From NCBI GenBank assembly GCA_013239625.1, contig MU054323.1, forward strand, positions 19,114,819 through 19,178,818: a stretch of 64,000 nt of DNA, read 5' to 3'. The notes beneath the pieces are model-generated. The model was not told where the DNA came from. It worked only from the letters and a program-made list of their open reading frames with translations, and made no database searches. The stretch comes from Lama guanicoe (lineage: Eukaryota). Of the stretch, positions 38,412-47,813 are shown in pieces. The position numbers and the translations under genes were made by a program. Within the stretch, counting starts at the first letter, position 1. Each line of letters opens with the position of its first letter.

Positions 38412-39645
38412 GGGGGGGGAACGTGTCAACTATCCCTAAGGAAGGTTCTCTGAGGCATATTTTGGATAAGTAATGTGATTACAGCTGTGCACCCATGCCT
38501 GAGAGAAAGATGAGCGATGTGTGGCCGGAGTACCTGTGTGGATCCCCACAAGCAGTTTATGCCGGGTTATCTCCGTATACTGCCACCCTTGCTGTGTTAA
38601 GTACGTCATTTGTGGTCTCCTGTGTCGTTGGTGTATGTAAAACCCCAAGGCCAAACCTGAGCATTTATTTTGGGTTTTCTGTTTGTCCTTTGGGTTTCTT
38701 GTTTCACTTTGTTTTGGTACCATTTCTCCATCTATAACCAAGTCAGTTTTATGATACTTAACACTTTTACTGTTGTTAAACTGAAGAAAAGAACAGAAAA
38801 AAGAAACCTACCTGTTCTTGTCGGAGCGTGGGACATTCCCGGGGAGACTATAAAGGTTTCACTTGGTTCCTAAAAATCACGAAAAGCCCCAGCCCCGAGT
38901 TCAGCCCGGCTGGTTGATGCCCAGGCACAATGGTTAGGGAGGATCAGGAGCTATTTATACTTTCACAATAAAGTGCTGAGGAATGGGGGCCTTTGAGTGG
39001 ATCTATACAATCCTGCAATTTCAGATATTCTGTGAAAAAGCAGGAAAAATGATGAAATGCCCTATGTGTAAGTATTTGTGCTATTACATCAGGGAAAATT
39101 AAAAAGAAAGGAATGCGAGTGAGGAGATGTTCCTTCAAACCTTAAGTCCTCCGGCTGAGCTGGCTGTCCCAGCCTCCCTGGCCACGATACCAATGTATCC
39201 ACTCCATCCACTGCCTCCTGTTTCTACATAGCCAGCCCCAGTTCCTGACACTGGGGCTCAGGAAGCGGGAGGACTGGCTCCCCCTCCTGTAGGGATCAAT
39301 TAGAAAATCCTATGTTAGTTTCTGGGGCACAGGGACCTGGTCTGGTATTGCCATTTTAAGACCTGACAGGGCACCCAAAACCAGGAGCTGTCCACAGGAC
39401 ATATTAGGGGACCCAAATGCAAACAGCCAGTAGTCTGGGTTTAACAAAATTAAAGAAATCCAGCAAAAAACAAAGACCCCCCCCTTTTTTTTTAAATAAA
39501 GGATTTATCTGGTCTACAGCAGATTCCAAAGTCCCTAAAAATGCTAGAATGCTAAATATGAGAAAACTGTACAAATTAGATGATACATTTGGAATAAACC
39601 CTTCTTGATTGGTAGATGTTGCTTTTAAAGTCTTAAATAACAGGG
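38412..39645 (+). pseudogene. gag: ERV gag relic (MA N-terminus, MA, CA C-terminus), interrupted and frameshifted
   Basis: GNVSTIPKEGSLRHILDK (38417-38470); YTILQFQIFCEKAGK..EMPYV*VFVLL (~39004-39085); DSKVPKNARMLNM/RKLYKLDDTFGINPS*LVDVAFKVLNNRE (~39520-39647). These resemble class I ERV Gag motifs. Confidence 0.82.
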
Positions 39646-39982
39646 AAGCACTCATGCTGGAAACTTATCACTTTACCCAACGTTACCTTTATATCCTGCA
39701 TCATCACTCCACTCAGCTCATGTTTCAGCTTCCTTGATCCAACGCTGTCCCTCTTTGTTTTAGAGAAGTTTAACTTACCAGCTGGATATGTGGATCTGGT
39801 ATCAGTGCCAAACTTAGGTTTAGAATAGTGCCAAACTATCCTATGCCATTTCTTCACCACCATGGGGCCTACTCAGTGATAAAAATGCCACATCTAAAGA
39901 AATGGCTTCTGATTTCTGGAAACTTAATCACAGCAGGGTGCTGCATGCTCTTAGAGCCTGCCCCAGTCTTGCACATTAAGAG
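39641..39982 (+). pseudogene. SLC18B1: SLC18B1 retrocopy block A (downstream exons, placed first)
   Basis: GKHSCWKLITLPNVTFISCIITPLSSCFSFLDPTLSLFVLEKFNLPAGYVDLV..LSYAISSPPWGLLSDK..KWLLISGNLITAGCCMLLEPAPVLHIK matches recalled SLC18B1 EHSFWKLIALPKV..FLDPTLSLFVLEKFNLPAGYVGLV..GNLITAGCYMLLGPVPILHIKS. Intronless, with frameshifts. Confidence 0.92.
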
Positions 39983-40571
39983 GTGATAGCGGCTTTCAAG
40001 AGAACAGACTTTTGTATTGCTATCAGCAGCTTCCATCAACTTAGATTCTATGATGTGTTTTATCATTGGACCCTTCTTCCTCAAGAAGGCTGAAAAGAAA
40101 GGCACCAGCCATGCAATTATTGGTACGATTTTTGGATGTTATGCTTTGTCGGACTTGCTGGCATCTTTAGTATCTGGAAAATACCGTGTACGTATTGGAG
40201 CACAATTTGTTTGTAACAGGAATGTTTGTCTCAGGAGGAACTGCAGTTCTCTTTGGTGCATTGGAACAAGGTCCAAAAGGACCAGTGTTTATTGCAATGT
40301 GTTTTCTAATGAGAATAACTAATTCAGTAAGTTTTGCTGCAGCAAAAACTGCATCATCTTCTATCCTTCCAAAAGCATTTCCAAATACTGTGGCTACAGT
40401 GTTGGCAGGTCTTGACACTTTTTCTGGTCTGGGATGCATGCTAGGGTTTCCTTTAGGTGGCTTCTGGTATCAGTCCTTTGTCTATGCAGTGCCTTTTACT
40501 TTTCTGGGACACATAAGTCTACCCATCAACACGTTCATTTTACATAATTATGCATCCGATCCAGGAAAACA
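39983..40571 (+). pseudogene. SLC18B1: SLC18B1 retrocopy block B (upstream exons, placed second)
   Basis: LSREQTFVLLSAASINLDSMMCFIIGPFFLKKAEKKG..FGCYALSDLLASLV../FVTGMFVSGG..PVFIAMCFLMR..SSSILPKAFPNTVATVLAGLDTFSGLG..NYASDPGK matches the N-terminal half of the MFS transporter SLC18B1. Intronless, frameshift near 40205. Confidence 0.93.
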
Positions 40572-40720
40572 ATTAAAAAGGATAGGAGCCAGTCACATGG
40601 GAAAAAAAGAGGAACACTCTGATAGATGACGAGGCTCAGAGGCTCCCTTGGATTTGGGGCACCCAATTCCAGTTTCCCCACAGGAGCCCCGGGTAACTCT
40701 GACAGGGGGGGACAAGTGGT
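40572..40720 (+). pseudogene. ERV gag C-terminus/stop and protease N-terminus relic
   Basis: ...KKEEHSDR*RGSEAPLDLGHPIPVSPQEPRVTLTGGDK has the class I ERV gag-stop/pro 'PQEPRVTL' motif. The catalytic DTG motif is deleted. Confidence 0.78.
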
Positions 40721-41834
40721 ATGGGAATCCAAGAGAGCACTACTCGATACCAGTTGAAATACCAAAGAGGCAGGCTATCAACTATATGGGGAGACAATGG
40801 CCGAAATGAAGCCCTGTCAAATTTACTGTCTTTGTCCTTCAGACACTTGAATGTGATATTTAAGGAAAATACAGTTGAATTTCAAGCCTTGTCATTGCCA
40901 TTAAAAACAAACTGGACATGAGCTTTGGTTTTACTTGGGTATTTACTTGAAAATTCCATACCGGAGGCCTGTGACCACTGTCACTGTGCCAAGCCAGGAA
41001 GCAGCTGCAGCGAGGGGTTACTCAGCGCGCACTGCTCACAGAGTTTCGTTTCATCTTTGCTACGGACTTTTTAAAAAATCCTTTTACATATGTAGTGGTT
41101 ATGATCCAATGTGTCATAAGTTAATTTAACTATAAGTTTAGTTCAAATCAAATGTGCAGTGTTTACTTAAATTTTGAAAGCAAATTTTGACTATTTATAG
41201 GATTCTTTAAAGTACAGTTTTGCAGACAGGTGTGCTTTCCCTTCAGTCATCTTGCAGACGCATATTAAGGGCTTAGTGTCAGGACCTGCATATTTGGGGC
41301 ACTGAAAGACAAATGACTTACAAATACATTTTGCTTATATTTTGTTCTAGGACTGGCACTGCTGTCAATGGAAAGTATTTTTAACTAATCTGTTATTGAG
41401 AAATTAATCATATTTTTGCATTTCAGCCAACATAAAGACCCTAGCTAATATTCTGTAAGATACAGCTAATCTGAAAACATGAAATTAATGTTTCAAATGA
41501 TCTGAACTATATTTTCCAACTTAAATTAAACATGCAATATAGATTCAGAAAGGCCCATATTTTCTAACAACTTCACTGTATACTATGTTGTTGGGTTGCA
41601 TAAAGAAGGAATTGTATTTGTTTCTCATAAGTGAAACCCTGGGCCATGGCTTAATGTTAACTCTTGGCTTTGTCTTTCGGGTGGCCTAACCTGCAGTAAC
41701 ACGAAGGCTGAACGTTTTTCTTTGTTCAGCTTTCACAGGCATTTATCCAGGCAGGGAAATGAAGGTTACAAATGCTATAGAAATACTGGACACAGTCTGA
41801 AGTGGTTAAAGCCTTCTGTAAAGAAATTATCCCT

Positions 41835-42527
41835 CAATCTGGCCTGCCTAATAGTCTTCAAAGTGGTAACAGGCTGCTCTAGCATAGCCCAGCAAGTTTC
41901 TAAAATATTGCACATTAACTGGAAACTACATTCACCCTGGAGAGTACAATCAGCAGGAAAAATGGAGGAAAGGAATTGTACACTAAAAAGGAGTATTGCT
42001 AAAATAAGTTGGCAGTAATTTAACTTGGGATAAAGCCTTACCAGTTGCCCTGCTATGGAGCAGAGTGGCTCCCAGAAGCAGGCTTAAATTAAGCCCCTGT
42101 GAAATATCGTATGGTAGGCCGTTCCAGGTGTCTCCCTGGGCAAGAGAATCTGTAAATGCTCTACAAGACCTAGTAGTTGCCATCATGTCAAAACTCTGGG
42201 CACTCTACTAACCTCTGTTCATGAGTCTGCCTCCAACAGGTCTGCCTACCTAACTGAAGTAGTCTAACATCCTTTCTGACCTGGAGATTGAGTCCTGCTA
42301 AAACCAGAGGAAACAAGGGCCTGAATGTGAGAGGACTGCAAGGTGGACAGGACCACACGTGGTGTTACTTACCATGCGCTTGTCTATCAGGTTAGCTGGG
42401 GGAAAGCCACGGACTGAAGTAGCACCACCATCATCAGAATCAGAAAATGACCCAACTCCTGAGAGGCCTGGGGAATGAGAGTTTTGTGAACCCTTAGAAG
42501 ACTTAAAGTTACTCCTTATAAAAAGGT
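41835..42527 (+). pseudogene. pol: ERV pol integrase (core plus C-terminal) relic
   Basis: GLPNSLQSGN; IAQQVSKILHINWKLHSPWRVQSAGKMEERNCTLKRSIAK; WDKALPVALLWSRVAPRSRLKLSPCEISYGRPF; RWTGPHVVLLT; CEPLEDLKLLL. Confidence 0.9.
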
Positions 42528-42892
42528 AAGTATTGAGATTATAGCTTCATTGTTTAATCTTGTCTAAATGAATAGCACAGGAATCTAGTGTAATTATGGT
42601 ACAGTAAAAAGTATTAATAGGTATGTATTGGAAACTGGAACCAAAACTTCCAAGTTCAACAAAATACTATAGATTTTTATCAGGTTCAAGTAGTTGTAAA
42701 AACAGAAAAAAAAGAAAAAAAAAGATTATACTACTGACTAAAGATTCTAAGCTAAGGAATGTTCCCTGTCCAAGGCTGATGAATTCCATTCCATAATCAC
42801 CCCCTCATTGCCCCTGTTCAGCAGGAAGTAGCCAGAACGGTTGTCATCTCTTTTCCCTCAAGATTGTGGAATGGATATTGACAGTGGGGAAC

Positions 42893-43414
42893 TGTAATAG
42901 AGAAGAACAAATCTGATTCCATATTAGGTCTATTTCTTTGGCTTTAACCCTGTGCCCTGTTTTCTAGGGTTAGTCTTGCTAGCTCTGCACCTTTTGTAAA
43001 AGAATGTTGCTTCCATCCTTAAATGTACCTATTTCTCAAGGCTCTGACCTTTAAGGATATTAACACTTGCACTCAAATAAAGATAGTAAGTTGCAGAATA
43101 GAAAACACTTGTTTTATCGGAGGTTTTACAGGGGTACCATGACCTGACCCATGTGGACAGTTGTAAGAACAAAGGATTCTAAAGACAAAGAATTCCTACA
43201 CCAAGAAGTTTGCAACAATCAACCGAATCCCGTCCCTTTTTAGTCTAAAAGGAGCCTGAACTGTGACTTGAGTAAGATGGTTCTCCAGGACATTAGTCTG
43301 CCATCTCAGTGTGCCAGCTTTCCGAATAAAGTCGTTATTCCTTGCCCCAGCACCTCGTCTCCCGATTTATTGGCCTGTCGTGTGGTGAGCAGAATGAGTT
43401 TGGACTCTGTAACT
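42893..43414 (+). mobile_element. 3' LTR of the provirus (~520 bp)
   Basis: Preceded by the env-end motif cccctgttcagcaggaagtagccaga and the PPT-like gacagtggggaac. Starts TGtaatagagaagaacaaatctga, AATAAA at 43325-43330, ends gagcagaatgagtttggactctgtaac. Confidence 0.92.
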
Positions 43415-43499
43415 GTGTATCTCAAAACACAGCAAAGAAAATACAAATCAAATACTAGAAAAAATATTCCTTGTCAAACAAGTCAGATTATTTTCAAAT

Positions 43500-43770
43500 G
43501 CATATGAAACGTTCTTCAAGATAGACCAAAAATGCTGGGTCATAAAACAGAACTCTATAAACATCAAAGTATCAAAATAATATAAAGTGTATTATCTGAC
43601 CATAACAATATCAATTTAGAAATCAGTAGAAAAAAGAATTAGCAAGAAAATATCAATTGGCAAAATCCAGAGTTTTTTAAATTGCATGTCATTACAGGGC
43701 CTTCATATATTAAAAAAGTAATAAAAAGTATCAACAACCTAATGCCAAAAATTAGCAAATGTAGATTAAA
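43500..43770 (+). mobile_element. Old L1 ORF2 fragments
   Basis: catatgaaacgttcttcaagatagacc...atctgaccataacaatatcaatttagaaatcag (end of the endonuclease domain, SDH motif). Confidence 0.65.
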
Positions 43771-43799
43771 GAATGAAGGCTGTCTCTTCTTTAAGGCAA

Positions 43800-43955
43800 T
43801 ACTTGTGAAACTTTAATATGCTCAGAAATCACTAGGGGATGCATTATAAAATGCAGATTCTCATTCAAAGGTCTGGGGTAAAAACTGAGGTGGTACATTT
43901 CTAATAAATTCCCAAGTGATGCTGATGCTGATAAAAACTATGTGTTGCTTAAGAA
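43800..43955. mobile_element. MER5-type MITE
   Basis: aaactttaatatgctcagaaatcactagggg...aaaatgcagattctcattc...tacatttctaataaattcccaagtgatgctgatgctg. Confidence 0.7.
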
Positions 43956-44999
43956 GGGATACCCACTATGCATTCAAATCCTTTAGGATAGTGAATGGAT
44001 TTACAAGTATACAGGACAGATGTATTTTGATCCAGAATCTAGGGAAAGAAAGCCAAATAAATGGGGTGTTGACTTACATGAGATGTTCATAGGGACCTCT
44101 GAAATGGCTGTCAGGTTGGAGTGGACACCAGGGTGCAGGGAGGATCTACACATTGCCTGGAGAGGTGCAAAAAAAAAAATCTCAACTGCACAAATTTCAA
44201 GTACCCTTCTTGAAGTGGACCCTAACAATCTAAGCTAACAAGGTAAAGATACTTACGCTAGGATAATGTCAACAATGTAATTTGGGATGTTACTGGTGAT
44301 AATAGGTACAGTGGATACCTTAAGCCTCTTTATTTCTACTGCCTTTTAAAATGCACAGAAATTTTCAAAGATGATATTAAAGTGATCAAAAATGGTTACA
44401 GTGATTAAATATCACATTAAAAATGGCCCTTGATTTGCAGATAAAACCAAGTTCAAACATTTTTCTTAATATAATGATCTTTCTAGCCTAGATTGCTTAA
44501 GTGAAGAATCTAATTAGACTGCTTTTAAAAGATCACTAGTTTTCAAAAAAAGTTAATCTTCAGAATTAAAATATGATACTTTTCTCATTTAACACATGGC
44601 TGCACAGTCAATACAAGGGTACTTTGCCTCCTGTTAACATTATCTTCAAAGCTCAGCAAAAATTCCAAAATGTAAATTCTGAATTATTTTCTCCTTCACC
44701 TGTATTTTAATTTCAGTAATACTTTCCATTGTGATTGATCTTATATGAGCATTGATTTCTAATTTCTAATTATATTACAAAAAATCATCTTAGAGGTTTA
44801 TTAAGAAGAAACAAGCAGGGGAAAAACTCGCAGAAAATTGTCATAGAATAAAAGTAAGCTAGCTACCTGACTTTTGCGCTATGCTAATTTCTTGGCTGCC
44901 CACATCAACTGGCTTTCAATTACAAAGGAGATGGGTGTACAAGGCAGTAATACAAAATGATGGCAGATGTTAATTCCAACTAGCCATATTTCACTTTTT

Positions 45000-45810
45000 A
45001 TAATTTATACATTTAAAAAATAGTATTAAGACATATAACATGATTTGATATACATGAAAATAGTGAAATGATTACTAGTTACACTAATTAACATGTGACC
45101 TTACATATAGTTAACACTTTTTCTATGATGAGTGCATCTTGAATCTATTCTTAGACTATTTACAATATTCAATACAGTATTATTAACTACAGTCTTCATG
45201 CTGGCACAGTAGAGCTGTGGACTTACTCATCCTACATACAACTCTGTACCATTTGACCAGCATTTCCCCATATCCCCCACCCTACCAGTTTCTGGTAACT
45301 GCTTTTCTACTCTTTGCTTTTAAAGGTTCAATTTTTTTTAAAAGATTCCACAGATTAGTGAGATCATACAATATTCATGTTTCCCAGTCTGGCTTGTTTC
45401 ATCAACATAAGGTCCTCCACATTCACACATGTTGTTGCAAATGACAGATTTTCTTCTTTATCATAGCAGAAAAATATTCTATTCTCTCTATATAAAATAT
45501 TTCACGTATATATTCAATTATATTCAGACACTTGGGTTAGTTGTAGACCTTGGCTATTAATAATGCTGAGTGCAGAGGTCTCTCTGAGATCCTGAATTCA
45601 TTTGCTTTGGGTATATAACCAAAAGTGGGACTGCTGAATCTTATGGAGGTTTAATTTTTAACGTTTTGTGGAAACATTGATACTTTTTTCCACAGAGGCT
45701 GCACCAATGTACAGTCCTACCAACAGAGAGCAAGAATTCCCTTTTACCCACATCCTTGCCAACAAGTTTGTTATTGCTTGTGCTTTGATAACAGCCATCC
45801 CCCAGGCGTG
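45000..45810 (-). mobile_element. L1MA-type 3' end, 5'-truncated
   Basis: catgatttgatatac...tagtgaaatgattactag...caatacagtattattaactacagtc...ggctgcaccaatgtacagtcctaccaacagag. Confidence 0.85.
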
Positions 45811-46879
45811 ATGTACTGAAAACTGCAAATCCAACATTGTGGCACCTCTGATCACTACTTCTGTTATGTTCATCACTAATAAACTTGTAACATAGTATAC
45901 AGTTTATCTTTCTCTTCTTACTAGAAAATCCATGAGGGGAGGGATGTTTTAAAAATTATATTATTAGCCCAAGTACCTTGATGAGTAGCTTACATACAAT
46001 GAAATTATGTTGACTGAATGAAGATATGATATTTCCTATAGTAAGTGCCCAGGAAGATAAGAATGAACAGGACAGACATGTCTCCTGTTTTAGGGAGCTT
46101 ATAGGCTATTCACAGTAGTCAAAGCATTTCGAGTTTGAAGAGTTACTACAATACATGAAGTCTAGCTTCAACATTTTATAGATCAGGAAACAAGGGACCA
46201 GAGTTCAATTATCTGGCTCATGAAGTAGCACTCTTCTCACTTCACACTGTGCTTAATAATTCTCACTCATTTCAGTTTGTGCTCACAGTACAATAGGGAC
46301 GACATATGCAAATATGAGACGAGTAAAGCTAACACACATTATAAACAGCAGTATGAGTGCTGCAGGAGCGGTGTGAACAAATAACCCTGAAGTAGTGCAG
46401 AACTGTAAGAAATCTCCATGCCCTAAGATTGGCAACACAACCTTCAACAAGTTGAGAGAGGAGTAAAACAACAACAACGGTAGATACAAGGTAACTGAAG
46501 TTGTGGGGAGAGAATGAAGGAGAGTGATAAGCTCCCTTGAGTTAACTTAAATCTTTAGGCCTCTATGAATTGCAGTCCTGTTAGAGAGCAGACACTGACG
46601 ATGTGGTCACAGATGAAGTCAAGGCGTCATAACAGAAATCAGATGAGAGAACATCCTGTAAGTTTTCAAACAGATAAAATTGGATGACTGAAATGAAGAA
46701 GTATGTTGAAGAGCTAGCTAAACAAATTGTATGTGAGTTATCAGTGCCAAAGTTGGCCATTACTGGGAGTTGACATATGTTCACTGAATGACAAGACTTG
46801 CTAGAACGGTTTGATATTTTATCTTAAATGAGGTATGGGTACTCACATGTTTGTTGTGTTTATGTATCTGTACATGCAC

Positions 46880-47180
46880 ATTTGTGTGTATTTAAGCAAG
46901 GTATTTGACAAAATGTCTCTTAATACCTTGCAGGCATTATGGAGTTAATAATTACCACATTTGCTGTTACATAGGTGGTTGAATATTCATGTGCCAATGA
47001 TTTAGTAATGAATAGATTTCAACCTAGAATGAAGTGTTGCGTCAAGTTCTCTACCTTGTCTCCGTTTTTCCCTAACATTTTATCCAGTATTTGTACATCA
47101 AAACAAAGTACAGTTATGAAATTTGGGGGCTAATATACAGGATGACAGAATCAAATATCCAAAAGATTGAGCAGAAATGG
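46880..47180 (+). mobile_element. L3/CR1 RT fragment
   Basis: aaggtatttgacaaaatgtctc (KAFD-like)...ggatgacagaatcaaatatccaaaagat. Confidence 0.55.
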
Positions 47181-47762
47181 TAATTATAATTTTAATTACT
47201 ACATTTTGGAGTAGCTACTATGTGCTGACTAGGCAACTTTATATGCTGCATCTCATTTGGTTAGTAACTTCCCAAAGTAGACATAATTATTCTAGATTTC
47301 TTCTTCTTCCTAAAACAAGTTGTTACAGAAAATGTCTGAAATTTCTGCTTGGAAAATACACAAGACAATAAACTACTTAGTCCTACATAGTATAGTATGT
47401 CCAAATCCAGACAGTTAGGGAAATATTTAAGGTGTGAACTCACACAAGATTACTGGACAGATAGGAGCTCTGAATGAGTCTTCAACATGAAGTACTTGGG
47501 GATGAAGGCAAATAAAGCAAAATAACAATAGAATCAAGTTTTCTACATCACAGTAATAACTGATTCCCCCAGCTTCTTAAGAAACCCTAATTCTGCTTCT
47601 CACGATGTATTAATTTGGGTTTCTGTCTATGTGAAAGCGATACTAGTGTGGGATATCAGCCCTATCGCAGTTAAAGGGCTAAAGCGGGGACCCGGGAACC
47701 CAGCAGACTCCCTGAGTTGAGGGAGATGAAGCCGAGCCTGGAGGAAACTAAGGCAGCTAGAG

Positions 47763-47813
47763 CGAGGGTTAGCTCAGTGTTAGGGGGCTTGACTAGCAGG
47801 TCCTAGGTTCGAT
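47763..47813 (+). mobile_element. Truncated tRNA-derived SINE head (camelid Vic-1-like) next to an L1M 5' fragment
   Basis: gagggttagctcagtgttag (A box-like)...ggtcctaggttcgat (B box-like). No acceptor-stem 3' half and no tail. Confidence 0.45.

Larger units (their letters stand above)
37971..43414 (+). mobile_element. Defective, non-autonomous ERV1-class provirus with mosaic interior (gag/pro/IN/env relics plus captured host sequences). 5' LTR reduced to a 27-bp U5 remnant
   Basis: In order: U5 end agcagaacaagtttggactcagtaaca, PBS, leader with donor-like gggtaagt at ~38208-38215, gag relics, pro start, integrase relic, env-end motif, PPT, complete 3' LTR. Confidence 0.92.

Noticed and set aside
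39641..40629. Functional SLC18B1 gene or Gag-SLC18B1 fusion
   Set aside because: No introns, permuted order, missing N- and C-termini, and several frameshifts. The 5' junction is out of frame with gag, and block A hits a stop (AGG TGA) at the internal junction.
47763..47813. tRNA gene
   Set aside because: Only A/B-box-like remnants, with no cloverleaf or acceptor stem. Better explained as a SINE head.
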